NCBI GenBank assembly: GCA_963702005.1
Contig: OY969696.1
Span: forward strand, 960,001 to 1,024,000
Reading direction: 5' to 3'
DNA length: 64,000 nucleotides
Origin: Candidatus Aminicenantes bacterium
GTDB lineage: Bacteria > Acidobacteriota > Aminicenantia > Aminicenantales > JAFGBC01
In this document: positions 34,715 to 44,646 of the stretch, piece after piece
Layout: each line of letters starts with the position of its first letter
Position numbering within the stretch: position 1 is the stretch's first letter
Position numbers and translations under genes: made by a program
Notes under the pieces: generated by a model
Database searches by the model: none
Seen by the model: the letters and a program-made list of their open reading frames with translations, nothing else
What the model was told of the DNA's origin: nothing

Positions 34715-36385
34715 ATGAGGCGGATGATCAAGATTTGCCTGGGCCTCTGCTTAGTCGCGGCCATCTTGCCGCCGGCCCTGCAGGCTGAGGTCCTGCTCGA
34801 CGTCGAACCTCTCCAGGTCACGAACGCCCTGCTCTTCCGCGACCACGCCGATCCCCACGGCTACCACTACATGCCCCTCGCGCCGAGGATCTCGACCTGG
34901 CCCGATGGCACGCCGAAGTTCAGCTTCATCCAATACGTCCGCACCGGCAAGGAAATCACCGGTGGCATCCTCCATTTCCTCTGTGGCTTCGGGCTGACGG
35001 CCGAGGAGCTCGCCCAGGCCCGAAAGGAGCTCAGCCGGGTGGACAAGGACGGCAAGATCCTCGGCCCTGTCATGTTCACCAAGGGCGACTTCCACATCAT
35101 CTCGGCCTCGGCGGGGGAGGGCGGCGTCTTCGCCCGGAAGGTCTGCGGCACGGGCAAGGCGCCCCTCCTGTCCGGCTCAGAGGCCGCCGTTTCGGTCGCC
35201 CTGACCGAGGAGGGCTCGACCCTGCTCCTGAACTCCTTCAAGCAGCCGACTTCGGACGTCTCCGTCCAGTTTGTCATGACTTACGAGGGCCTGACCCCGG
35301 CTTATCATGCCAAGCTGACGGTCGATTGGGACAAGGTCTATAACCACCGAGAATTCAAGATGAACGCTGGCAACGTCTTCGTCAGCGTCCAGATCCAGAA
35401 GATCTACGCCGAGCTCCGGGAGCAGGGGGCGATCCAGCTCGAGGTTATCGGAGAGGACACCAAGATGGACGAGCTCCTGGAGACGGCCTACAACACCATC
35501 ACCAAGATGATGTTCGACGCGAAGCCGGTCAAGCCCGAGGACATCGGCAAGTCCCAGGCCTCGACGGGGAGCAACTGGTTCGGCAAGCTCTTTGGCCAGG
35601 CCCACGTGGGCTATTACCAGAAGACGGTCAAGATGACGGGGAAGTATACCGTCGACCTGACCCGGAGGAAGCGCGACAGCCGCGAGCTCCCCCTGACCGG
35701 CAACATCGGGCATTTTTATAAGGACTACGGCCAGAACCCGGCCCTCTTCACGGTTGTCGACCTCGACGATCCGACCTTCGAAGAGCGGACGATCAACGTC
35801 ATCCTCGACGGCGAGGACTTGGACACGTTCAAGCAGTTCATCAACTTCGCCGGCATCACCTTCAAGAAGGAGTACCAGGACCCGGAGATGAAATCCGTCA
35901 CCGAGGACCTCCTCTTCGACAAGGCCAAGTTCGGCGAGGACGGCAACAGACTGTCCCTGAAATACCGGCGCAAGGGAGATCCGACGGACAAATGGCTCGA
36001 ATACCAGTACAAACCCCTGTGGAGCTACAACGGCGGGCTCGAGGTCGACGGCGACTGGGTGACGACCGACCAGCCGGTGATCACGCTGACGCCGCCCCAC
36101 AAGTACCGCTACCTGGAGGTCCTGGCGGATGAGGAGAACATGACCGCGAAGGGCATCATCCGGATCGCCGTTCAGTTCCGCCATAAGAACTTCGGCCGGG
36201 AGCTCCAGAAGGAGGTCGTCCTGAGGAAGGGCGATCCGCTCAACATCCAATACATCTATTTCCACGAACCGAACAATCTCGCCTACGAATACAACATCAC
36301 CTGGCTGTTCAAGGACAACACCAAGGCCTCCTCGGGCTGGCAGAGCGCCACCGATCCCTTCATTTACGCCTACTATGAGAAATAA
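34715..36385 (+). CDS. secreted unknown-function paralog 2
   Basis: LFRDHADPHGYHYMP..PR, DGTPKFSFIQY, GGILHFL; GGAGG RBS. Confidence 0.9.
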   Translation: MRRMIKICLGLCLVAAILPPALQAEVLLDVEPLQVTNALLFRDHADPHGYHYMPLAPRISTWPDGTPKFSFIQYVRTGKEITGGILHFLCGFGLTAEELAQARKELSRVDKDGKILGPVMFTKGDFHIISASAGEGGVFARKVCGTGKAPLLSGSEAAVSVALTEEGSTLLLNSFKQPTSDVSVQFVMTYEGLTPAYHAKLTVDWDKVYNHREFKMNAGNVFVSVQIQKIYAELREQGAIQLEVIGEDTKMDELLETAYNTITKMMFDAKPVKPEDIGKSQASTGSNWFGKLFGQAHVGYYQKTVKMTGKYTVDLTRRKRDSRELPLTGNIGHFYKDYGQNPALFTVVDLDDPTFEERTINVILDGEDLDTFKQFINFAGITFKKEYQDPEMKSVTEDLLFDKAKFGEDGNRLSLKYRRKGDPTDKWLEYQYKPLWSYNGGLEVDGDWVTTDQPVITLTPPHKYRYLEVLADEENMTAKGIIRIAVQFRHKNFGRELQKEVVLRKGDPLNIQYIYFHEPNNLAYEYNITWLFKDNTKASSGWQSATDPFIYAYYEK

Positions 36386-36388
36386 CGC

Positions 36389-37399
36389 ATGAGACGCGGC
36401 GCGGTCGCGATCGGGCTCCTCGCGCTCCTGGGGGCCGCGACGGTCCCCGGGATCATCGCTGATCCCCTGTTGACGAGGCCCGAGACCGTCGGCGGCCGCA
36501 TCCTCATCTTCCCCGATCACAAGACGCCGAACCTCTACTACTACGTCCCGGCCGGCTTGGCCCTGGCGAAGTCGTTCGACCAGCCCCAGTTCTTCTTCTA
36601 CAAGTACGTCTACGTCAAGGCGGATGCGCCCGAGGGCCCGCAGACGATCGCCGGCGGCGTCCTCGCCCTGGCCGTCGAGTTCGCTGACGAGACGGAAACG
36701 CTGAGAAAGGCGAAAGGACCGTCCTTCGAGTTCCGGCCCGTCCCCATCGACCGGCTGACCTGCGTCCTGAGCTATACCCGGCTCGAGGCCGAGGGCCAGA
36801 AGGGGAAGACGGAGGAGCTGGCCAAGAAGGAGCTCCTCTGGACGAAAAAGAGCTTCACCCTGCCGCTCGGCCGCGATTCGGCCAGCTATCTCTGGACGAT
36901 CTTCGAGGACGGCAAGGCCACCGGCCTGTCGGTCGAATGCGAGTTCACCTTTGGCGGCTACGAGATCGACGACGAGGGCAAGCTCAAGGACGGGGAGCGC
37001 GACGGCCGGCTGTCCTTTGCCGTGCCCGTCTCCATGACCGCGAACCCCGGCCTCTTCAAGCTCGTCAACCTGGCCGACAAGTTTTCTTTCAACTACCGGC
37101 GGATAAGCGTCCTCTGCTTCGATTTCGTCAACGGGACGAACGGCCAGACCGTCAAGATCACCGCCGAGATCGATATTCTGACGGCCAAAAGGCAGCGTGA
37201 CTTCAAGACGATCACGTTCACGGCCGGCTCCGAACCCCAGGTCGACCTGGCGTTCGACATCCCCGAGGCCAAGGGCGGGACCTACAGGTACCGGCTGACC
37301 AGGATCTTCGCCGACGGCCGGGCGGAAAAAGGCGAATGGAAAGAGGCCGGGGACATGTTTCTTGACCTGTCGACCTATGACATCGTGGACAAGCGCTGA
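36389..37399 (+). CDS. secreted unknown-function paralog 3 (short form)
   Basis: IFPDHKTPNLYYYVP, PQFFFYKY, GGVL; lacks central segment. Confidence 0.85.
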   Translation: MRRGAVAIGLLALLGAATVPGIIADPLLTRPETVGGRILIFPDHKTPNLYYYVPAGLALAKSFDQPQFFFYKYVYVKADAPEGPQTIAGGVLALAVEFADETETLRKAKGPSFEFRPVPIDRLTCVLSYTRLEAEGQKGKTEELAKKELLWTKKSFTLPLGRDSASYLWTIFEDGKATGLSVECEFTFGGYEIDDEGKLKDGERDGRLSFAVPVSMTANPGLFKLVNLADKFSFNYRRISVLCFDFVNGTNGQTVKITAEIDILTAKRQRDFKTITFTAGSEPQVDLAFDIPEAKGGTYRYRLTRIFADGRAEKGEWKEAGDMFLDLSTYDIVDKR

Positions 37400-37429
37400 C
37401 CGGGGCCGGCCCCGGCGAGGGAGGACGCC

Positions 37430-40228
37430 ATGAGAAGGACGAAAACGCTACTCGCGGCCGCGATCGTGCTGGCCGCGGCGCTCGCCGCAACGGCCGAAGT
37501 GGCCCTGGACGAGGTCGTCCAAGCCGGCCGCTTCGTGCTCTACCGCGACCACGCCGACGCACACAAGTACTATTATGTGCCGGACGAGCCGCGCTTGGCG
37601 ACCAAGCGCGACGGGACGCCCGAGTTCACCTTTATCAAGTACACCAAAACCGACGGCGCTACCAAGGGCGGGATCATCCATTTCCTGGTGACCTGGGGCC
37701 TGACCGAGGGCGAGCTGAGTTCGGCCGAGTCGGCCCTGCGCCTGAAGGATCCCGAGGCCCGGATCGCCGGCCCCGTGCCCTTCAAGGAGGGAACGTTCAA
37801 GGTCGTTTCAGCCACGGCCGGCGAGGGCGGCATCTTCAACCGCAAGATCGTCGGCGAGGGCAAGGCGCCCATCCTGCCCGGCCTGAAGGCGGCCGTGTCC
37901 ATCGCCCTGACCGAAGAAGGGGCATCCCTCCTCTGGGAATCCTTCAAGAACCCGGCCTCGGACATTTCGGTCATGTTCGCCCTGAAGTTCACCGGGCTGA
38001 CGCCGGCTTTCCAGGCCAAGCTCAAGGTCAACTGGGACAAGGTCTACACCCAGAACGACATCAAGCTCCATGCCGAAGGCACGATCAAGGTGGTCAAGCT
38101 CCAGGCCGACGTCCGGGCCATCCTGGAAGAGCTGCGACAGCAGGGCGCGATCCAGCTCGAGGTCGTCGGCGAGAACCCGGACATGCAGAAGATGCTCGAC
38201 GTCGTCTACGGCCATCTCATCACGCTCATGTGCGAAAAAGTGCCCGTCGGAGCGGGCGAGACGGCCAAGCCGCCGGCTAAAACGCCGGCCAAGAAACGGC
38301 CAATGCCCGAGGCCGTCGCGGACTGGCCGGACGCCCCCCCGGCCTGGTCGCTGAACGTGCTCGCCGGCGTCATCCGCTCCGCCGATGAGCGGCTGCGCGG
38401 CGGCCCCTTTGCCGATCAGGACCGGGATGAGGCGCAGCGGTCGGCTGCCGCGCGTTGCGACGAGCCGAGCCGTCAGACCGCCGCGTCGTTCGCCGGCCGG
38501 GCGGAAGCCCTCATCCGCGAGCGCAAGTACGCCGAGGCCGTCGAGATGTATCAACAAGCGTACGACGCCTGCCCCGAGCCCGGCTATCTCTATGAGATGG
38601 CCGATCTCTTGGCGTTCGGCGTCTTGGACCACGGGCGGGCTAAGACCCTTTTTGGCGAGTTCCTGAAGACGAGCGAGGGCCTTAGCGAGTACGCGGACCG
38701 TCGGGCGACGGCTCAGGCTTACCTGAACGACTGTGACGAATTCGCTCGCCGCCAGGACCTAGGCTATGACTTTTTCAACCAGGGGAAATACGCCCAGGCC
38801 CATGATGAGTTCCGCTGGCTCTACGACCATCTTCCCCAGCCCTGGTTCCTTTTCAACCTGGGCGTCTGCGCGAAAGCGATCGGTGACGAGACGGGCGGCC
38901 GCGAAGATTATCAGAGAGCCATGGAGTATTTCCAAGACGCCGTCCGCTTGGCGAAGGCCAGCCCGAGTCCCGAGCGCTTCCAGGGCGACATCGAGTCCGC
39001 GGAGCTGTGCATCGAGGCGCTGCGGCCCATCTTGGATCAGGCCGCCGCGGCCAAGCCGCAGACCGAACAGGGACAGGTCTCGGCGGAGGAAGCCCGTCGG
39101 CAGCGGCGTCAACAAGCCCAGCAGGCCGCGCAGAAGACCCAAGCGGGGCAGGCCCAAGCCGCCGGAGGCGGCCAGCAGACGACATCGACGGGCGCCGCGG
39201 CCGGCGGGACGAAGCCGCCGGCCGCAACGACCGAGGCCGGGACGGAGCCCCCGTCGGGCCAAACCCAGGCGGAGACGAGCGCCGGCGGGCCGGGCCGCCA
39301 GGCCCTCTGGGGCAGGCCGGGGACCAAGCCGTCGGGCCAGGCGGGCGGCACGAAACCGCCGTCCGGCCAGACGCAGGCGACGAAGCCGGGAGCCAAGCCC
39401 GGCGAGAAGGGCAAGCCCGAGATCAAGCCCATCCTCAGCGCCCAGATCGGGTACGCGTTCAAACGCATCAAGATGTCTGGGAGCTACGAGGTTGACCTGC
39501 GCAAGCGTATTCACGAGGACCGCGACGTCGCCATGAGCGGAAACATCAGCGGCATCTACCAAACCTACGGCGAGGATCCCCGCTTCTTCTCGGTCGTCAG
39601 CCTGGACGATCCGACGTTCCAGGAGCGTTCGATCGAGGTCATCCTCGACGGCCAGGACGCCTCGGACTTCAAGGATTACGTCAACGCCGTCTCGGTCCTC
39701 TTCCGCAAGCCGCGTTTCTCGGGCCCGCCGACGACCGGCGAGGTCAAGTTCATCGAGCGGCAATTCGCCCAGAGCGGCAACTGCCTGTCCTTCAAGTACG
39801 GGCGTCTCAACGAGGCCTCGACCGAGTGGCTCGACTATGAATACAGGCCGAAGTGGAGCTTCTACGGCGGCGTCGAGTGGGAAGGCGATTGGGCAAAGAC
39901 CTCCGATTCGGTCCTGACGCTCTCGCCGCCGGTCCGCCGCCGGACGCTCCAGATCTCGGTCGACGAAGACAACGTCCTCAAGAACAATATCAAGGCCCTG
40001 GCCATCCAGATCCGCCATCAGATCTACGGCCAGGACGTCCTCAAGGAGGTCGTCATCAACTACGACAAGGGCGACCCCCTGCAGACCGACTACACCTACC
40101 TCCACGAGGGCGGGAAATCCGGCTACAGCTACAAGGTCATCTGGCTCTTCCTCGACGGCCGGGAGGTCCAAACGGACTGGATCGCCAAGGATAGCCCGTT
40201 CATCTACGCCGTCTACGCGAAGAAATAG
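37430..40228 (+). CDS. secreted unknown-function paralog 4 with TPR and low-complexity insertion
   Basis: LYRDHADAHKYYYVP..PRL, DGTPEFTFIKY, GGIIHFL; internal TPRs and Q/A/G/T/P-rich linker. Confidence 0.9.
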   Translation: MRRTKTLLAAAIVLAAALAATAEVALDEVVQAGRFVLYRDHADAHKYYYVPDEPRLATKRDGTPEFTFIKYTKTDGATKGGIIHFLVTWGLTEGELSSAESALRLKDPEARIAGPVPFKEGTFKVVSATAGEGGIFNRKIVGEGKAPILPGLKAAVSIALTEEGASLLWESFKNPASDISVMFALKFTGLTPAFQAKLKVNWDKVYTQNDIKLHAEGTIKVVKLQADVRAILEELRQQGAIQLEVVGENPDMQKMLDVVYGHLITLMCEKVPVGAGETAKPPAKTPAKKRPMPEAVADWPDAPPAWSLNVLAGVIRSADERLRGGPFADQDRDEAQRSAAARCDEPSRQTAASFAGRAEALIRERKYAEAVEMYQQAYDACPEPGYLYEMADLLAFGVLDHGRAKTLFGEFLKTSEGLSEYADRRATAQAYLNDCDEFARRQDLGYDFFNQGKYAQAHDEFRWLYDHLPQPWFLFNLGVCAKAIGDETGGREDYQRAMEYFQDAVRLAKASPSPERFQGDIESAELCIEALRPILDQAAAAKPQTEQGQVSAEEARRQRRQQAQQAAQKTQAGQAQAAGGGQQTTSTGAAAGGTKPPAATTEAGTEPPSGQTQAETSAGGPGRQALWGRPGTKPSGQAGGTKPPSGQTQATKPGAKPGEKGKPEIKPILSAQIGYAFKRIKMSGSYEVDLRKRIHEDRDVAMSGNISGIYQTYGEDPRFFSVVSLDDPTFQERSIEVILDGQDASDFKDYVNAVSVLFRKPRFSGPPTTGEVKFIERQFAQSGNCLSFKYGRLNEASTEWLDYEYRPKWSFYGGVEWEGDWAKTSDSVLTLSPPVRRRTLQISVDEDNVLKNNIKALAIQIRHQIYGQDVLKEVVINYDKGDPLQTDYTYLHEGGKSGYSYKVIWLFLDGREVQTDWIAKDSPFIYAVYAKK

Positions 40229-40252
40229 CCGCGAAAGGAGGCTCGAACGACC

Positions 40253-41977
40253 ATGAAAACACGGCTGATAGCGATCGCGGTCCTCATCCTCTTCGCCGCG
40301 CCCTTCCTGGCCGCGGAGATCGAGCTCGACAAGGCGCCCCTCCAGATCGGCAACGCCCTGCTCTTCAAGGACCACGCCGAGGCCGGCGCCTATTACTACA
40401 TGCCCAACCAGCCTCGCCTGGCCTTCTGGCCGGACGGGACGCCCAAGCTGACCTTCCTCAAGTACACCAAGGCCGGGAAGGAGGAGTCCAAGGGCGGCAT
40501 CCTCCATTTCTTCGTCAAGTACGGCCTTGACGAATCGGAGCTCGCCCAGATCCGCCAGCAGCTGGCCAAGCAGGAGCCCAACGCCAAGCTCAAGGGGCCT
40601 ATCGTCTTCAAGAAGGGCTCGTTCATGGTCATCTCGGCCGCGGCCGGCGAGGGCGGCGTCTTCACCCGGAAGATCATCGGCGAGGGCAAAGCCCCCCTGA
40701 TCTCGGGGTCGGAGGTTTCGGTCTCGATCGCCGTGACCGCCGACGGCGCGGCCTTCCTCGAGGAGGCCCTGCGCCAGCCGACCTACCCCGTCAGCGTCCG
40801 CTTCGACATGACCTACGAGGGCCTGACCCCGAAGTACCAGGCCAACGCGACCATCTCCTGGTCGAAGGTCAGGACCTATTTCGAGCAGTATAGGAAGTGG
40901 CGGATCTACCGGAAGAAAGAATTCCTCTGGTGGAGCTGGTACGTCCAGAAGGGGACGGGCGAGTCGCTACGCATCTCCGACGACCTCAAGTCCGCCGGGG
41001 CTGTCAGCATCGACGTCACCGGCGAGGACCAGAACATGGAAGCCATCCTCCAGACCGTCGTCGATTCGGTCATGCACGAGATGTTCGACATGAAGATGGA
41101 GCTCCCGGGCGAGAACCAGGAAGGGCAAGGGCAGAGCGGGAGCGGCGATCAGAGCGGCGGCTCGTCCTCCCAGCCGCAGCCGAAGGACAAGCCCTACGGC
41201 GTCAGCACCACGATGAAGAGCGTTACCCGCTCGGACACCTGGACGGTCAACTTGACCAAGAGGCTGCGCCAGGAGCGCGAGACCGGGCCGATGGACGCTG
41301 GCATCGGCGACGTCCTGCGCCAGTTCAAGAACAACAAGAAAGTCTATGACATCATTAACCTCGACGACCCGGACCTCCAGGACCGGACCGTCTTCGCCAT
41401 CCTCGACGGCGAGGATTTCGACACCTTCAAGAAGTACATCAACTTCGTCACGGTGAGCTTCAAGAAGGCGCATCCCTCGGGCGAGCCGACGACCCGAGAC
41501 GTCATCTTCAACGCTCAGTCCTTCGCCGAGCGGGGCAACATGCTGCCCTTCGTCTACCCGCGGCTCGGCGAGGGCGTCTCGTGGCTCGGCTACGATTACA
41601 AGACGACCTGGAGCTTCATGGGCGGCATCAAGGTCGAAGGGACGTGGACCCGGAGCGAGGAGGCCGCGGTCAACCTCTTCCCGCCGCACCGCTACCGCGA
41701 GATCGACGTGATCGCCGACGATGAGAACGTCAAGGCCAACAACATCAAGCTCATCACGGTCGCCTTCAAGAACAGAATCTTCGACCGGGAGAAGACGGGC
41801 GAGACCAAGATCCTCCCCTCCGAGACGCTCCTGACCAAGTACGAGTACCTTCATCCCGAGAACGATATGAGCTTCCAGTACGAGGTCACCTGGCTCCTCG
41901 GCGACGGCCGGCAGGCGAACTCCGGCTGGCAGACGACGACCGACCCGTTCGTCTACGCCCTTTATAAGGGAAAATAG
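40253..41977 (+). CDS. secreted unknown-function paralog 5
   Basis: LFKDHAEAGAYYYMP..PRL, DGTPKLTFLKY, GGILHFF; AGGAGG RBS. Confidence 0.9.
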   Translation: MKTRLIAIAVLILFAAPFLAAEIELDKAPLQIGNALLFKDHAEAGAYYYMPNQPRLAFWPDGTPKLTFLKYTKAGKEESKGGILHFFVKYGLDESELAQIRQQLAKQEPNAKLKGPIVFKKGSFMVISAAAGEGGVFTRKIIGEGKAPLISGSEVSVSIAVTADGAAFLEEALRQPTYPVSVRFDMTYEGLTPKYQANATISWSKVRTYFEQYRKWRIYRKKEFLWWSWYVQKGTGESLRISDDLKSAGAVSIDVTGEDQNMEAILQTVVDSVMHEMFDMKMELPGENQEGQGQSGSGDQSGGSSSQPQPKDKPYGVSTTMKSVTRSDTWTVNLTKRLRQERETGPMDAGIGDVLRQFKNNKKVYDIINLDDPDLQDRTVFAILDGEDFDTFKKYINFVTVSFKKAHPSGEPTTRDVIFNAQSFAERGNMLPFVYPRLGEGVSWLGYDYKTTWSFMGGIKVEGTWTRSEEAAVNLFPPHRYREIDVIADDENVKANNIKLITVAFKNRIFDREKTGETKILPSETLLTKYEYLHPENDMSFQYEVTWLLGDGRQANSGWQTTTDPFVYALYKGK

Positions 41978-41998
41978 GGGTCACATTCGAATCGCCGA

Positions 41999-42034
41999 GG
42001 GCGGATGTCCCGCAAGGGGCCTCCGCCCTTTTTT
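41999..42034 (+). terminator. copy of RRM-gene terminator (relic 4)
   Basis: GGGCGGATGTCCCGCAAGGGGCCTCCGCCC-T6, followed by GGGGAGATTTCCG as after the 15078 copy. Confidence 0.9.
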
Positions 42035-42124
42035 ATTTTAGGGGAGATTTCCGTCTACTTAGTCGCTCGCCGTCTGGAGGCCGACCCCGTCTTGAGTTCA
42101 ACCTGGCGTTCGATGACGCCCCGA

Positions 42125-42208
42125 TTTATCATTCCCTGCGACGTTATGAGTTAAAATTGGCGGATGAACGCTCGCTTGGTCGGCGTAGCAGAAAACGAAA
42201 TTCCCATA
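42125..42208 (+). mobile_element. IS91-like oriIS-end relic
   Basis: Homologous to about 15825-15909 (GGCG.AGCAGAAAACGAA.TTC..AT). Confidence 0.55.
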
Positions 42209-42320
42209 AATAAATCACTTGAAAAAGGATCAAGCTGAATCTCGGGCCTAATATAACGGGTATTATCGACGGATAGAATTGTATTAGCATTAGATATTCA
42301 AGTTCAATGATGGAGGAAAT

Positions 42321-42500
42321 ATGAGAAACTTAGCGCGACTCATTTTGGGACTCATATTATCGGCGTGCCTTATTTATAGTCAAACCACGGAGAAAAAATC
42401 AGGCACCTTTAGCGATCCCCGTGACGGTGAAGTTTATCGGTGGGTAATAATCGGAAATCAGGTATGGATGGCGGAAAATCTGCGATTAAGAACGGACTAG
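42321..42500 (+). pseudogene. truncated Fibrobacter succinogenes major paralogous domain (FISUMP)-type protein
   Basis: GGAGG RBS; signal peptide then GTFSDPRDGEVY..V.IGNQVWMAENL, stops after 59 aa. Confidence 0.75.
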
Positions 42501-42537
42501 GACTGACTTTCGAGCCCAGCCCCGCACCGACCGGCCC

Positions 42538-44274
42538 TTAGCACTTCAATTTTGCGAACTTGAGGTCCAGGACTCTGTCCGTCGAAACCGCAAACCCCGT
42601 AATCGCGCCGTTGGCGTCCCTCAGGAACTGGATCTTTGCATAACCGCCGGCCGAAAAGAAATCCTTCAAGAGGGGGGAAACCGGAACCTCCTCGTTATGT
42701 CCGACTTGGACATGGAGTGTACCGGATTTCAACGTAAAATCGTAGCGAGTATCCAGTTCGTCGGAATAATAGCTCCCCGCGTATTCCTTCAGCGCCTCTT
42801 CCGTCGGCGAGAAAGGCTCAATCCGCTTTCCCACGATCGTCGGCTCGACGTCGCTCCTGAAGGTGAAAGTCTCATATCGGTTTGCCACTTTATCTGAAAA
42901 GCTGACAGAGACGTTGCCCGGAACATCCTTCATCTTGAATTCCGTCGGGGAGACCGGCTCCAATTCCGATTTGTTCTCTTCCGACCGAACGTAGAAAAGC
43001 TTATCCTTGTCCAGGGCGATCTTCCGAACGAGCTGACGGGCCTCGATCCAGTACGTGCCAAGGAAAGGTTGCAGGCTCTTGACCGGAAGGCTGAACGGTT
43101 TAAGCGCAGGCTTGGCCGCGGCCGTCTCGGCCCCCGGGGCCGGGGATTCCGGTTGGCTGAGCCGCGAGGCCAAATAAATATCGGCGATCTGGTAGCTCAG
43201 AGCACCCGGATCGAACGAGGCCAGGTTCGCGAAAACGGTCACGCCGAGTTTCTCTCCGGGGAAATACATCACGTGGCTCCGGAATCCGGCGTCCCCCCCG
43301 CTGTGCCCGATGGTTTTCAGCCCCTTATATTCGCCGACCTCGATTCCCCTGGCGTAAGGGACCTCGGAGCCGTTGTTCAGGATGCCCTTGGTCAGCATCC
43401 GGTCCAGCACGGCGGCCCCGCCGACCTTCTTTTCATCGAAATTGCGCAGCCAATTGGCCATGTCTTCCACCGTGGTGAAAAGGCTCGTGGCGCCCACGTT
43501 GGCATAGTTGAGCACGCTCTGCTTGAACCCCTTCGTGGAATCGCCCTGGTAGGAATAGGCCCGGTTCCTGACGATTTCTTCATGATCGAGATGGAAATGC
43601 GTTGAGGTCATCCCCAGCGGCTTGAAGATATTCTCCTGGGTCCATTCGGTGAACGGCCGGCCGCTCACCCGGCTCACGATCTCGGCCAGAAGCGTATACC
43701 CGGAGTTGCAGTATAAATATCGGTCGCCGGGCGTGAAATTCAGCTCTTTCTGACGCCTGAGCCGGTCCATGATCTGAGCTTGGGTGATGACGTCATCCAT
43801 CCGCCATCCGGACATTACCAGCAGATCCCATTGATCCCGGAGCCCGCTGGTGTGGTTCAGGAGATGCCTGATGGTGATTTTCTTGCCGAAGTCGGCGAGC
43901 TCCGGCAGATACTTATGGATATCGTCGTCCGCGGAGAGTTTCCCAGCCTCCTCGAGCATCGTAATCGCCATGGCCGTGAACTGCTTGGAAACAGATGCAA
44001 CGTGGAACACTGTCGACGGCGTGATGGGTATGCCATATTCCAACTGGGCGCATCCGAAACCCTTCCGATAGATGACCATTCCGTCTTTAATGACGGCCAC
44101 GGCCGCGCCGGGCGAATCCAGGGTATTCCACTTGCTGAACAGGGCGTCGACCTTTGACTCCAGGGATTTATCCGTGCCCGGAGCGACTTCGGTCGCCGCG
44201 TAGGATAGGGCCGCCGTCATGATGACCAGGGATATGACAAGACTGATCCGCGTGACGAAAGAGCTTCGTTTCAT
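42538..44274 (-). CDS. serine hydrolase, beta-lactamase class C-like
   Basis: ASVSKQF (SxxK), YCN (YxN), HSG triad; signal peptide. Confidence 0.92.
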   Translation of the reverse strand: MKRSSFVTRISLVISLVIMTAALSYAATEVAPGTDKSLESKVDALFSKWNTLDSPGAAVAVIKDGMVIYRKGFGCAQLEYGIPITPSTVFHVASVSKQFTAMAITMLEEAGKLSADDDIHKYLPELADFGKKITIRHLLNHTSGLRDQWDLLVMSGWRMDDVITQAQIMDRLRRQKELNFTPGDRYLYCNSGYTLLAEIVSRVSGRPFTEWTQENIFKPLGMTSTHFHLDHEEIVRNRAYSYQGDSTKGFKQSVLNYANVGATSLFTTVEDMANWLRNFDEKKVGGAAVLDRMLTKGILNNGSEVPYARGIEVGEYKGLKTIGHSGGDAGFRSHVMYFPGEKLGVTVFANLASFDPGALSYQIADIYLASRLSQPESPAPGAETAAAKPALKPFSLPVKSLQPFLGTYWIEARQLVRKIALDKDKLFYVRSEENKSELEPVSPTEFKMKDVPGNVSVSFSDKVANRYETFTFRSDVEPTIVGKRIEPFSPTEEALKEYAGSYYSDELDTRYDFTLKSGTLHVQVGHNEEVPVSPLLKDFFSAGGYAKIQFLRDANGAITGFAVSTDRVLDLKFAKLKC

Positions 44275-44646
44275 TGGGATCTCCTCTGCATTTTATAGCC
44301 TGTCTGCAAAGATGCCATATGAAGCGTTTATAGCCTATCCGTCTTCAAACGTAAAGAAAAATAGTCCGAGTGCCGACCGGCCGTTCCGCACGCCACGGCA
44401 CGATCCAGACGGCCTCCGTATGCTATATTTTTGCCTTTTCTTTAAACCAGACGTCAATCTCGCTCTTATAAGCAAAGACTCGAGATCTCATTGATTTTCT
44501 GTCAATTCTATATATTGGAAGCCCCAGCTTTTTTCCCAGGTCCTGCACGTACTGATATCTCTCGTATTTTTCGGCTTGACAAATCAAGCATAGAGCCTTA
44601 ATTAGGTAATGTATAAAGGCGATGTAAACTTTTAATAGGGGGCCTC

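Noticed and set aside
33477-41854. Long antisense ORFs (e.g. 35177-36520, 38759-40507); likewise 53343-54668 and 62574-63956
   Set aside because: Shadow frames of GC-rich genes with strong codon bias; no motifs or RBS
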